Source of the DNA: Candidatus Latescibacterota bacterium
Lineage (GTDB): Bacteria; Latescibacterota; CBDEFO01
NCBI GenBank assembly: GCA_965237525.1
Contig: CBDEFO010000008.1
Location: 384,001-448,000 of the forward strand
DNA length: 64,000 bases
Direction of reading: 5' to 3'
This document shows positions 10,123 through 20,217 of this stretch, piece after piece. The number at the start of each line of letters is the position of its first letter. Within the stretch, counting starts at the first letter, position 1. The notes beneath the pieces are model-generated. The model saw only the letters and a program-made list of their open reading frames with translations, ran no database searches and had not been told where the DNA came from. Position numbers and translations under genes: made by a program.

Positions 10123-10629
10123 CTATTCCGAACCCCCGCACGGAGGTGATGCAGGCAACACGCCGTTCTTCAGCCATCGCACGAGCGCCTTGCCGGGATC
10201 GGCGATCTCCTCAACCGAGCCGTACCAGTAGGCTTCCCAACCCGTCTCCGGCAGACCCGTAAACAACATCAGATTGAGGGGATAGACCTCGCTATCGGTG
10301 CAGCGGCGAAAGTCGTCCCGGAACAGGAACACCGGCTTGTCCCAAGCAATCGCCATGCCCAGTTCCACCATCACTCCCTCGTCCGGGGGGCAACCGTTGA
10401 CCACCGCGAACAACCCCTCGGCCTGCCGCACATCCCGGAGATCGGCCTGGCCGATTTCATAGACCCAGCCCGGACTGGCACGGGCGATCTGGTTGTTACG
10501 CGCGAACGGCTCCCAGACTTCGGCCCCCAGCGCCTCCAGAGCCGCTACAATCTCTCCCAACGGCCCAGCGCACTGCTGCAGGGAGAAACCATAGGGGTTG
10601 GCCAGATAAAGAGTCTTTTTCGATGTCAT
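10123..10629 (-). CDS. Nucleoside 2-deoxyribosyltransferase family protein
   Basis: LYLANPYGFS, WEPF, DLRDV, PPDEGVMVELGMAIAWDKPVF, NLML motifs. Confidence 0.88.
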   Translation of the reverse strand: MTSKKTLYLANPYGFSLQQCAGPLGEIVAALEALGAEVWEPFARNNQIARASPGWVYEIGQADLRDVRQAEGLFAVVNGCPPDEGVMVELGMAIAWDKPVFLFRDDFRRCTDSEVYPLNLMLFTGLPETGWEAYWYGSVEEIADPGKALVRWLKNGVLPASPPCGGSE

Positions 10630-10736
10630 GTTCGAGTCCCTGGACTTAAGCATCCGCGAATTCATCAGCCAAGCACAACGGGTAAATTGCGGGTAGCGGC
10701 ATTCCGAGATCGGCGAAACAAGGATAGCAAGCAGAA

Positions 10737-12359
10737 CGCATTGAAGCGATATGAGCTTGACGACCTCAGACGGGCAACTGCGTCTGTGGTTCGCGTCGCA
10801 AGCTCGCCACGCTCGGCGTATTGAACCGCTTGCCTTCGACAATCTCTGCAACGGTGAGCATCTGCATCCTGGGGTAAGGAATGCCCAACACCTCAAGATC
10901 GCCCACCTCGGCCATGAAGCGGTTGAAGTTGTGCGCTTTCGTTTCCCCCAACGGCTCCATGACGATGAGCCCAGCCATGAGCGCGTCGTCATTGTCGAGC
11001 ACGCAACGCAACGCGCGAAGGTCGTGGATGCTGACGTTCTTGCCGCCCTTGACTTCGATGACCATGCTTTGTAGCTCGCGTTCTCCTGGCACGTCGCAGT
11101 AAACACGCCCGTCAATACCGCCGTCGCCCGTGCGCCGCGATGTTACAAAGCCGTCTACCTGTTCGACGGCCCACTTTTGGAAGTGATACTTGTCTCGCTC
11201 CCATAGGTCGCGCGGTATGCCTTCGATAACGTAGTCCTTGCCAGCCTCCAGGCCGCAACGCTCCTGCAAGCGCTTTTGCGCGACTCGCTTGACGGCGTGA
11301 ATGGCGATGTCAATGCCGATCCATCGCCGCCCAAGATGGTGCGCTGCTTCGAGCGTAGTGGCGCATCCGCAGAATGGGTCTAACACAAGGTCGCCTGGGT
11401 TGCTAGAAGCCTTGATAATGCGCTCTAACAAGGCTACTGGCTTCTGGGTGGCATAACCCATGCGCTCTGAGCCTAGCGCGGGGCCGATGTCATGCCAAAT
11501 GTCATTCGGGGCTATTCCCTTGCCGGGCCTCTGCTTTCTCCAAACCACATCGTCTATAAACTCTAATTCGCCTTCTTCGTCTAAGGTAATAAGGCGGTCT
11601 TTGCTTGTAGTCCATCCCGATTTGTGAGGTGGGTATATCCCTTTGTATTCATAGCAAAGATTGGGGCGCTCACCTAGTCCGGGTGGACGAAATGGGCTCC
11701 TTCGCTTGTAGGGGCCTTTCTCATCGAGGCAAGGAAAGTCTGTCTCTATGTTTTTGTATGGGGTCATGATTTCAGTCCTTGTAACTCTATGCCCCCCCCG
11801 ACTTTGAGTAGAAAAGAACCCTATCGCTTGACCGCCCAAAGCCCTTTGCCTTGTGTTGGCTCCCTTTTCCAGCGCCTTTAATTCGCTCCCATGCGATTTC
11901 GTTCCTGAAGTTGTCATGCCCGAATATCGCATCCATTAGCACCTTGATGTAATGGCTGGCCGTCGGGTCGCAGTGCAGATAAATACTCCCCGTCGGTTTC
12001 AAGATTGACTTCATATAGAGCAAGCGTTCAGTCATGTATGATAGATAAGCCAAGAGGCGCGGCTGTGTGTTACGCAGCGCAGTCATCCATAACCGCCAGA
12101 AATCCACAGTCGCATCGTCAATACCCGCCTCGCGCATCAAAACCGGCATGGTACGTATGGCGCGTTCGCGGTCGTCATCTAGCTCCCAGGTGTCGCAAAA
12201 TGCCTCTATCTGATCGGGTAGCGGGCGTCCGGTTTCGTCCTTGTAGATGGCGTTGTAATATCGATTGGAGTTGAAGGGCGGATCAAGATAGATCAGATCC
12301 ACGCTCATCAACGGCATGCTTTGCATGATAGTAAGGCAGTCGCCGTAGTAGAGCCGGTT
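10737..12359 (-). mobile_element. One-ended relative of element A (element A')
   Basis: TIR at 10737-10761 matches element A at 24/25 positions, followed by a paralogous methyltransferase-nuclease gene; no transposase or second TIR seen. Confidence 0.8.
10766..12359 (-). pseudogene. Paralogous methyltransferase-PD-(D/E)XK fusion with a different target-recognition region; frameshift at a G8 tract (11792-11799)
   Basis: N- and C-terminal blocks are near-identical to 7060-8500 while the centre is unrelated; the ATG of MNRLYYGD is missing. Confidence 0.85.
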
Positions 12360-12848
12360 GCCACCGGAGCTTCCGCGCCTGCTTGATTTTCTTCCGACAA
12401 TCCTTACGTGCTTCGTCAACGATCTCGTTGCGGGTACCGCGAAATGTCCTCTCTGTGGCTTGGCAATCCCATCGAGCCTTCCGATAGGCTTCCTCCAATC
12501 GCTTCACCTTGCCAGTTGCGGATAGCCGTAGATCGCGGGCCTCGCGAGCCTCCCGGTTTCTTTCGATCTGGGCGGCGTCGGCGTCAATAAAATACTGTGC
12601 TATAGAGGTGCCAGACCTAGTGATATCCTCAGCAGTAAATCGAGGGTTGCGCCACGAAGTTCTGGCTGTGGCCCATGCCTTCTCTTGATTGACGAATGAA
12701 GAGAGAGCGGATGCATTGATATTCGGGCCGCGTCCGCCCGCTGCGATCACGCCAGCTTCCACCAGCTTCGCGCTACCGACGGCCTGAATCTGACTTGCGG
12801 CTTGGTTCCAATTAAAAGTTCCTTCTGGTATTTGTTCTTCTGGCATTG
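12283..12848 (-). CDS. Hypothetical protein (coiled, basic C-terminus); the 3' end runs into element A'
   Basis: GGAG RBS before MPEEQ; no recognised family. Confidence 0.45.
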
Positions 12849-12974
12849 GTGTCTCCTCCGGTAGGACTTCTTTGTCAAGCACTTTGCTCAGTTTCAATAT
12901 AAGCTCTTTGTCGAAATTGAGCTTTTTTCTCTTTCTCCTGTCGCTGCAGGTTTTCCCGCATAGCCCTTAAAAAC

Positions 12975-13898
12975 TCAGGAGTCTTCAGCAACTCCTTCGT
13001 CTTCGTCGCGTTCTGGGTTTTCTGTACTTGTTCGTTCGCCTTCGTTGTCTGTTGCATTTTCTTCTCCTTTACTCCCGTCCAATCTTGCGGAATAATTGTC
13101 GTCCTGGTGAGGATCGATAAACTTTCTAATCGCATTCCACAGGGACCTTATGTTATCCGAGGGGTCTTCGACTCTTGAAAAAAGTTTTTTTGCCTCAATT
13201 CTGTCGATTACAAATCCATGGGCAGGATAACCTTCTACTAACGAATTAACCGTACTAAGACTTGCATTTCCCCCTCGTTCCACCAGTCTTTGCCCGTATG
13301 CCTTGGCAACATTCAGATCCCTTAAGTCGCTTCCTAAAGCCTCTGGATCGATTTGCGCATAGACAGGCTGCATAACCGCTGTAGCAATATTTGACGCAAT
13401 TTTAGATGCGACCTCAAAGCTGACCGAGTGTCGGCTTTGGGTCGTTATAGCCCACCTCACCTGTTCATATATGGTTAACGTTTCATCCGCTAATCCTGCA
13501 AGTGCCGTCCGAACTATCAGGCCTGATCTTCTTTGCCCAATTTCATCTCGTTTTACGAGTTGCACATCGAGCGGGCCAAGTTCAGCTAATTCGTCCATCA
13601 TAATTATATTGGCACCTAATGCGATAATTGTTCCCGCACTTTTACATCTGGTTGGGACAAATAGGTAAAAGGTTTTAAAGGTAGTCTGGAACAGCCTTGC
13701 TATTTTATAAGCAATATGCGCACTTCCTCCATTTGTTGCCAGAATTAGAAAGACATTATCTTTAGGCTCATCAGATGAATATATGGATTCCATTAGACGC
13801 AGCATGCTGTCCTCATCAATGGGGCCTGTATATACAGCAACATGGGCGTCGAGATCGGCGGAAACTACGTTAGCAGCTTCTCTGATTTTAGGGTGCAT
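12975..13898 (-). CDS. SDH-family ClpP/SppA-fold serine protease
   Basis: LILATNGGS, CKSAGTIIALGA, ELGPLDVQ, YPAHGFVID. Confidence 0.85.
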   Translation of the reverse strand: MHPKIREAANVVSADLDAHVAVYTGPIDEDSMLRLMESIYSSDEPKDNVFLILATNGGSAHIAYKIARLFQTTFKTFYLFVPTRCKSAGTIIALGANIIMMDELAELGPLDVQLVKRDEIGQRRSGLIVRTALAGLADETLTIYEQVRWAITTQSRHSVSFEVASKIASNIATAVMQPVYAQIDPEALGSDLRDLNVAKAYGQRLVERGGNASLSTVNSLVEGYPAHGFVIDRIEAKKLFSRVEDPSDNIRSLWNAIRKFIDPHQDDNYSARLDGSKGEENATDNEGERTSTENPERDEDEGVAEDS

Positions 13899-14133
13899 TT
13901 TGTTTGTCCTGTTGTGCATGCCACCTGGCGCTGGCAGCCGTCTGTGCAATCTCAGTGCGCCTTTCGTCCGTTATTTTGCCATGCAGAGCCGCAGCACCAG
14001 CCTTACCGCCCTTGACCTTGTTCGGCTGCTTGTACCCCTCATCTTCAACCTCACCCGTGGCTATCTTAGCTACCTTTACTGCACAGCCGACCGCGTCCGC
14101 AGGCCGACGCACTCCTCTTGGTCCTTTAGGCAT
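13888..14133 (-). CDS. Small basic protein of the type often found beside IS1-like transposases
   Basis: MPKGPRG..RPAD..G.AVKV..IATGE...GGKA.A....ERR.EIA..AA.ARW pattern, recognised from memory. Confidence 0.7.
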   Translation of the reverse strand: MPKGPRGVRRPADAVGCAVKVAKIATGEVEDEGYKQPNKVKGGKAGAAALHGKITDERRTEIAQTAASARWHAQQDKQNAP

Positions 14134-14312
14134 CCGGAGCAACCTCCCTTGAAGTTTGGGGAGCCAATAATATCAGGGCCATCATTCTCAATGACAAGCT
14201 AAATCTAACCTGGTTCCCCATTTCAACCGAAAGGTGGGTGGTAAATGGTTTACTTAATAAACCTTTTCTTGTCAAGGGCAAAAAAAGTGTAGGTGAATTC
14301 CCCCTAGGCCAA

Positions 14313-14331
14313 TTCAAACTGAGACACTACC
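14313..14331 (-). mobile_element. Isolated IS1-like terminal repeat
   Basis: Reverse complement GGTAGTGTCTCAGTTTGAA; it marks the compositional junction next to the terminase 3' end. Confidence 0.5.
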
Positions 14332-14366
14332 GGCTTGTCTAATGTAAGTGAAACGGTGTAAGCCCC

Positions 14367-15290
14367 TTATATTGTCATCCAGTTATAGTTATCTTCTTTT
14401 TTCTGGTGAGTGCTTAAAGATTCCCAATTAACGGTTTTATCGTAGGGAGAACTTATGTTAGTAAGTGCCTTCTCACAAGCATCCCATACGTCGTAGTGAT
14501 GACCTCCGCGTGGTCTCTCAACAGGGAAATCATACGCCTCATCCTTAAGTATCTCAGCACTGGAGGGCTTGACAAGAACCTGTTCCTCTCTAAAGAACGG
14601 CATGATAGACCTTATACGCGCTATCTTGTCAGTAGATTCAACTATGATCTTCTTGTCAATATATATCTCCCTCTTAAGCTCCTCTACTCTTAACCACTGC
14701 AAGACAGCATCCATAGCGTTCTTCTCAAAGATAAACCTCGGTCTATTAAACTTCTCCCTAAGGACAAAAATAAGCTCTATAGCATCGACAACATCTATCC
14801 TGACCTTTGTTATATCATCGAGGTACTTCTGTCCGTTCCACTGCATATGAAGAGGAACAAACGCCGAGAAGTTTGATCTCTTGTTCTTGGTGAATCCCAG
14901 GTCTACACCTATTGTCGTAGCAACGGGTATCCGAGTATCTCCTGTTTCATCTACTTTCGATAAGTAGCCATTCCCACCAGACGTAGGATGCTTCTCAAAG
15001 TCAAGATCGTGATAGTGAGATAGATAGCTCTCTGGAATCTCTATATCGTCAGACCCCCTTGACCTATTTTCATACTCCCTGTAATAAGTCTTGAGATTGT
15101 TTCGAAGTTCATAGTCCTTCTTGATCTGAGCTATCCGCGCATTGCTAAATTTCTTAGGCCAGATACTCTGTCCATTCTCATCAATATTCCTGTAGAATAG
15201 ACCCTGCCACATCATTCCAGGTTTAGACTTAGGCAAATCATCAGCATATCTTTGACCTACCTGTCTGCCAGTGGCAGCCTTCCAAAGATT
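14367..15290 (-). pseudogene. terL: Phage terminase large subunit, C-terminal (nuclease) part
   Basis: IWPKKF, YYREYEN, IGVDLG, IFEKN and HYDVWDA motifs; in frame with 17810-18465 once the IS is removed. Confidence 0.88.
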
Positions 15291-15312
15291 GGGAATAATA
15301 TACTTAACGCCA

Positions 15313-15993
15313 CTAAATGATTCTCGTGCGTTTCTCGTATAGTCGGCCTATCTCATCTGATTTGACCCTGAACTTAACCCCGTGATCTCTCACCGCGCCT
15401 GATTCCTTGATGTATGCATCGAAGTCCACTATCACGAGGCCCCTTTCAATCGACCGCATGAGGCCCGACAGCTTGATTTGTTCGTAGGCCGTGGCGTGTT
15501 CGTATTTCACTTGACGTGGATTCCGCTTTATTTGCCCCGTTACAAGAATCAGACGGCTCAACTTCCTGCCCGCCGCGTTCAGTAGATCGTCTTCCGTCCA
15601 GCAGACCTCCGGATTCATCCCTTCTTCATGGCGCACCCAAATAGACCCGGCATCGTAGGCGATGTTGAAGCCCCTGTCTGATTCGCCCTCGATTGTATGT
15701 CGAAAGGATGGGCGTCCGTTCCTTCCCTTCCAGCCGAATTTGTTGATGATGAACTTCATCGAGCCTTTGGGCCTTGGCGTCTTGTGAAATAGCGTAATGA
15801 GCGCGGTGCCGCTTGAGTATTTCAACTCGAAGGTTCCGGCGTCGGGAATGTCCACGTTTGAGGTTTCGAGGCCCAGGAGACTTTCGAGAAGACGACCTGG
15901 TGCGCCGGAGCCTTGATAGTCGCTCGGTAAATCCCGCCATCCGCTCTTGCACAATTCCCGCACTTGGTCGAACAGGGCCGTTCTCGAGGTCAT
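15313..15993 (-). CDS. MvaI/BcnI-family restriction endonuclease
   Basis: G..G.LLESLLGL...N..IPD...FELK, LITLFHK.P and RDHG.KFR signature. Confidence 0.85.
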   Translation of the reverse strand: MTSRTALFDQVRELCKSGWRDLPSDYQGSGAPGRLLESLLGLETSNVDIPDAGTFELKYSSGTALITLFHKTPRPKGSMKFIINKFGWKGRNGRPSFRHTIEGESDRGFNIAYDAGSIWVRHEEGMNPEVCWTEDDLLNAAGRKLSRLILVTGQIKRNPRQVKYEHATAYEQIKLSGLMRSIERGLVIVDFDAYIKESGAVRDHGVKFRVKSDEIGRLYEKRTRII

Positions 15994-16802
15994 TTCAGTT
16001 TCCGATACGCCGCCAGCCTCTCATCCGCTAGGCGACAATATCTTTTGCTCTTTTCGATACCGATCCATTCCCTTCCCTCAGATTCCGCCGCGATCGCGGT
16101 CGTGCCGCTTCCCATGAAGGGGTCAAGCACGATTTTCCCCGTGGTGGAGCCGATGCACCTTTGAGCTAACTCCGTAGGGAATGGGGCAGGATGGGGGTTG
16201 TTGGATTCTTGGGGGATTTCCCAGATGTCGCCGACGGCGTTCGCCTTGGGAGCAAGCTGAAACTCCGGCTTGGCGATAAGGTAAATGACTTCGTAGGTGG
16301 GGAGAAAATAGCCTTTGTTGAAATTGATGCCGCCCTTGCGTCGCCAGATGATGATCTGGCGGACGGGGAAGTCCTCAACGATATCGCTCCGGTCTTGGAG
16401 AAAGCCGCCTTGGACGCGCCACTTGTGGTTGTAGAAAATAGCCCCGCTCTCCTTGATTAGTCGCATCATGGCCTTGAGGCCTTTCCTTTGCCACTTCACG
16501 TACTCATCATGCGGCATACAATCTTCGTGTTCCTCGTAGCCCTTAATGAGCGCGGCATTCGGCCACTTGCCACCGCTCCCGTTCTTCATGCCGTTTCCAG
16601 TGGATTGCTTGAGGTTGTAGGGTGGAGAGGTAACGATCAAGTCGATGGAAAGCGCGGGGATTTTGTTCATCAATTCGACAGTATCCCCTTCATGCACCTT
16701 GCCGAGCCATCGGCTCATCGCGTTTTCGGAAAGGGTCTGCGCTCCGGCTTTCAGCAATCCATCGAACGACAAGGGGATTTGTACCCTTTGCGCGTTGGTC
16801 AT
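15990..16802 (-). CDS. Beta-class N4-cytosine/N6-adenine DNA methyltransferase
   Basis: IVTSPPY, HPAPFP, VLDPFMGSGTT; ATGA overlaps with both neighbouring genes. Confidence 0.92.
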   Translation of the reverse strand: MTNAQRVQIPLSFDGLLKAGAQTLSENAMSRWLGKVHEGDTVELMNKIPALSIDLIVTSPPYNLKQSTGNGMKNGSGGKWPNAALIKGYEEHEDCMPHDEYVKWQRKGLKAMMRLIKESGAIFYNHKWRVQGGFLQDRSDIVEDFPVRQIIIWRRKGGINFNKGYFLPTYEVIYLIAKPEFQLAPKANAVGDIWEIPQESNNPHPAPFPTELAQRCIGSTTGKIVLDPFMGSGTTAIAAESEGREWIGIEKSKRYCRLADERLAAYRKLK

Positions 16803-17716
16803 GTAATCAAAGCCTTGTAGGTCAAGCGGGAGCCAAAGCCGCTTTCGAGCATAGAATCCATGCGCTGGCCGCCAGCGGAGCCATTCAGGTTCCATCGGAA
16901 GGCAAACTCTGAGAGGTAGCGGTTCAGGTGCTTCCATGAGAACTGGTGAAACACGCCATTGTAGCCGCGCTTGAGCATTGACCAGAAGCTCTCGATTCCG
17001 TTCGTATGGGCCTTGTCCCGCACATATTCGCCCATGATGTGAACAACGAACTCATGGTCATAGAACTCACCCAAGCCCCTGTAACTTCGATGATCGTCCG
17101 TGTAAACCGTGGAGCCTAGCAACACGTTATCTTCGATGAATCCGACCATCGTGTTCCTGTCTGTCATGGAAATCTTCTGCGCGAACACATTACCTTCACG
17201 CGAGCGCACGCCGATAGCGACATCCTTGCCCGCAGGCCCGCGTCCGGCCTTGGCCTTCTTGGAGTTGTGCTTGTTCTTCTCTTTGCCGCCCAAATAAGTT
17301 TCGTCCGCTTCCACTTCCCCGTTCATGGGCGGGGAGTTTTCGAGCGCGGTTTCAGCCGCCTTGCGGAGACGCCCGAGCATGAACCACGCCGTCTTTTGAC
17401 TCACGCCCACTTCCCGCGCTAGTTGATAGCTACTGATTCCCTTGCGGTTCGAGGTAACGAGCCAAGCGGCCATAAACCACTTGCGGAGAGGAAGTCTTGA
17501 TTCCTCATAGATCGTGCCCTTGCGGATACTGAACTCATCCCCGCAATCTGAGCACTTGTAGACGCCTACACGCTTGCGGCTGTAGATTTTCCCAGCGCAT
17601 CCGCACAAGGGACATATCTTTCCGGCGGGCCAGCGAAGTTCTTCAAGGTGGGCCACGCAAGCGGCCTCATCTGGGAAGGCTTCTAGCATTTGAAGCAGTG
17701 TGTCATAATTCTTCAT
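16799..17716 (-). CDS. IS1595-family DDE transposase (intact)
   Basis: CPLC...CSDC, GISSYQLAREVGVSQKTAWFML, EADETYLGG, YTDD, HTNGIESFW, YLSEFAFRWN. Confidence 0.95.
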   Translation of the reverse strand: MKNYDTLLQMLEAFPDEAACVAHLEELRWPAGKICPLCGCAGKIYSRKRVGVYKCSDCGDEFSIRKGTIYEESRLPLRKWFMAAWLVTSNRKGISSYQLAREVGVSQKTAWFMLGRLRKAAETALENSPPMNGEVEADETYLGGKEKNKHNSKKAKAGRGPAGKDVAIGVRSREGNVFAQKISMTDRNTMVGFIEDNVLLGSTVYTDDHRSYRGLGEFYDHEFVVHIMGEYVRDKAHTNGIESFWSMLKRGYNGVFHQFSWKHLNRYLSEFAFRWNLNGSAGGQRMDSMLESGFGSRLTYKALIT

Positions 17717-17809
17717 GTCTTGATTCTCCGCAATTTAGTGGTGTTCTGTCAAGCAACCCTATACCACTAATATATTGCATTATGCGGTGGTGTCAAGTAT
17801 ATTATTCCC

Positions 17810-18465
17810 CAAAGATTAGATAATAAAGATTCCTCATGTAGAACGGTCCCTCCTATAACTATTTTACCCTCATAGGAAGGCAATACAGTTCCATCAAGCC
17901 AGTCAGATAACTTAGCTCTTGAGTCAGCAGTTCCAGTATTAGCCTCATTTTCCAGATCGTCACATATTATAAGATCAGGTCTCTTTCCTAACTTTAGAGA
18001 CCCTCTCACTTGTTGACCAGCACCTTTAGCCCTAATAGTAATCCCATTAGAAGTTACTATTTCCTTCTCAGTCCACTTGCCAACCCCTAAGCCATCCCAA
18101 TTCCTCTTAGCTACAAAATTACCAAAGAGTTTGATTACGAGCTTATTAGTCTCCATCTCATTTTTAGCAGCCTCTAGAAAGTCAACAGAAGCTGGCAGGG
18201 TATCAGATATTATCATGATAAACTCACGCTCTTCAAAGAGAGCCTGATGTAAGATATAGACAAAGCTGAGTATTGTAGACTTGGCACGTGCTCGCGGGGC
18301 TACATAGATAGACCTCTCGTGATTTTCGAGTATATGACTATATATTTCCTTGTGGAAGTTAGGCACACCATATTTCTTCTGTATCCTATGAGGGAATAGA
18401 ATCATAGAGAACAGTGCAAGATCATCGTGCAGTTTCTTGAGATTGGTGTTCCCTATTGCTGTCAA
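17810..18465 (-). pseudogene. terL: Phage terminase large subunit, N-terminal ATPase part
   Basis: Walker A-like APRARAKST, GAGQQVRG, Walker B RPDLIICDDLE, GTVLH. Confidence 0.9.
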
Positions 18466-18881
18466 GGCACCTTCCTGTCGGTAAAAGTGATATTTCCCTG
18501 ATCTGCCCTGCGATCCAGAATCTTAACTTTCTTTTTTACTTCGTCACGCCATCCCTTATATGGACCTGGATTATCAATCAAGATTAGATTCAGGATTATG
18601 TCGCTCGCTACATGTATGGATTCAGGGTAGTCTATCTTGTATGTAACCTCGTTATTGGCTACTAACTTATTGAATACTATGTCTAAGGGTGAGGACTCCT
18701 GATCCTTATCACACACATTTACAGTCAGACGAAAAGCACCATTGTCACCATCCCTAAGTTTGTAGGATATCCTCACTTCCCTTGCCTGTGTTATCCGGTG
18801 TATCAAGTTCTTTAGCTGGAGGGGAGTCAGGGAATTCATCTTCTTTGCCATCATCTTCCTCGTGAAGTACGAACTCTGCAT
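18462..18881 (-). CDS. Phage hypothetical protein between putative terS and terL (start uncertain)
   Basis: Stop overlaps the terL start (TTGA); same AT-rich composition. Confidence 0.55.
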   Translation of the reverse strand: MQSSYFTRKMMAKKMNSLTPLQLKNLIHRITQAREVRISYKLRDGDNGAFRLTVNVCDKDQESSPLDIVFNKLVANNEVTYKIDYPESIHVASDIILNLILIDNPGPYKGWRDEVKKKVKILDRRADQGNITFTDRKVP

Positions 18882-19497
18882 CTTCTATCCTATCCCCAAG
18901 TCCTCGTAAAAGGCTATCCCTATCCTCATTTGTCTTAAGAACATCTTCTCTATAAGACTTGAGAGCTCTAAGAGCTTCCAGTTGACTAGGCTTATTACCT
19001 TCTTCTACCATACGTTTTAAATTAGTGAGGAAATACTTATCATCAATATTTAGCTCGCTCAGCATTCCCTTCATTCTTTTTTCTATTTCAGACTGCACAT
19101 CCGGTTGATTAAACACTCGCCTAGCCCTCTTTTTCCAAGAGTCAGTATTAGTGGTATATACCCTAGAAAACGCCTTATAAACGTCGAAGAAAATAGTATA
19201 CTGACGAGCAAATTCTTTGCGCTTGATAGTAGTGTGGATTTGTTTGGGATCGGATTTAGGCTCATGGGTCTTATCAATATACATTCCCTTTCTGGCCCTT
19301 ACCATATACTGACCCGTAATGGTACACACAAAACCTGGGGCAATCTTAAGTACCTCAAGAACTTTGCCACAGTCAGAGATAACCCAATCACCTGGCTGGC
19401 CAAGCCTCCAGTCTCTCTTTACATCAAGTTGATTGTCATGAGTGGCTTCTATCAGGTTCTCGTAAACCTTGCGCCCTTTTACCAGTTTCATATCCAT
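18754..19497 (-). CDS. Putative phage terminase small subunit
   Basis: Upstream of terL; HTH-like KRKEFARQY...KAFSRVY...VFNQPDVQSEI followed by a helical oligomerisation-like region. Confidence 0.55.
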   Translation of the reverse strand: MDMKLVKGRKVYENLIEATHDNQLDVKRDWRLGQPGDWVISDCGKVLEVLKIAPGFVCTITGQYMVRARKGMYIDKTHEPKSDPKQIHTTIKRKEFARQYTIFFDVYKAFSRVYTTNTDSWKKRARRVFNQPDVQSEIEKRMKGMLSELNIDDKYFLTNLKRMVEEGNKPSQLEALRALKSYREDVLKTNEDRDSLLRGLGDRIEDAEFVLHEEDDGKEDEFPDSPPAKELDTPDNTGKGSEDILQT

Positions 19498-19636
19498 AAT
19501 ATAATACTTTTACGAGAATTGTGCAAGGCCCTTGACAATTTGCCAAGTCATATGTACATAAAGAAAGTCCTTAGACAATGTTATGAGATATTATTTATAC
19601 TATATATATATAGTATAAATAGTCAGAAAGGACTTT

Positions 19637-20184
19637 ATGGAAATATCAGCTAATATTTTATGTGGAGACTGCACTCGAACAGTTAAAAGAGCTTAATGAT
19701 AATTCGATAGACCTCATCATTACATCTCCACCCTACACTGATCAGCGGAAAAATACTTATGGCGGTATACATCCAGATAAGTATGTTGAGTGGTTTTTGC
19801 CAATATCAAAAGAGTTGCTCAGAGTTATGAAGCCAACAGGTTCATTGATTCTGAATATAAAGGAACTTGCAGTAACAGGAGTCTAAGAGTGGAAGTGGCT
19901 TTGGAAGGAACAGGTCTAGTTGGTTAAAAAGAGATATGGTTTATCCAACAAATGTGCTGCATATGGCAGTAGAAACTCATAATAAGAATCATAGTGCTGC
20001 TTTTCCTGAATCGCTTCCTGAATGGGTTATTAAGCTTCTTACCGAAGAGAACGATGTTGTTTTAGATCCGTTTATGGGGTCTGGAACAACTATTAAAGTG
20101 GCTCAACGTCTTAAACGAAATTCAATAGGAATTGACATTCAAAAATCCTATTGCGATATGGTTTCTGAAAGTATCAAACAGTGA
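19637..20184 (+). pseudogene. Degenerate beta-class DNA methyltransferase
   Basis: IITSPPY and HSAAFP/VLDPFMGSGTT lie in separate ORFs; 5' frameshift and missing central region. Confidence 0.8.
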
Positions 20185-20217
20185 AAAAACTTTACATAAT
20201 AAAAGGGAATTATATAC

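Larger units (their letters stand above)
15291..17809 (-). mobile_element. IS1595-family element B carrying a complete type II RM system
   Basis: TIRs GGGAATAATATACTTAACGCCAC / GGGAATAATATACTTGACACCAC; exact 8-bp TSD CAAAGATT at 15283-15290 and 17810-17817. Confidence 0.96.

Noticed and set aside
10630..11115. Long N-terminal extension of the deoxyribosyltransferase ORF
   Set aside because: It is an alternative frame of the methyltransferase-nuclease 3' end and crosses the TIR
7788..11939. Diversity-generating retroelement or invertible shufflon behind the methyltransferase variation
   Set aside because: No reverse transcriptase or invertase; the copies are in direct orientation and differ by block replacement, not adenine-specific changes
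15291..17809. Intron or intein interrupting terL
   Set aside because: The insert has TIRs, an 8-bp TSD and a DDE transposase, and no splicing motifs
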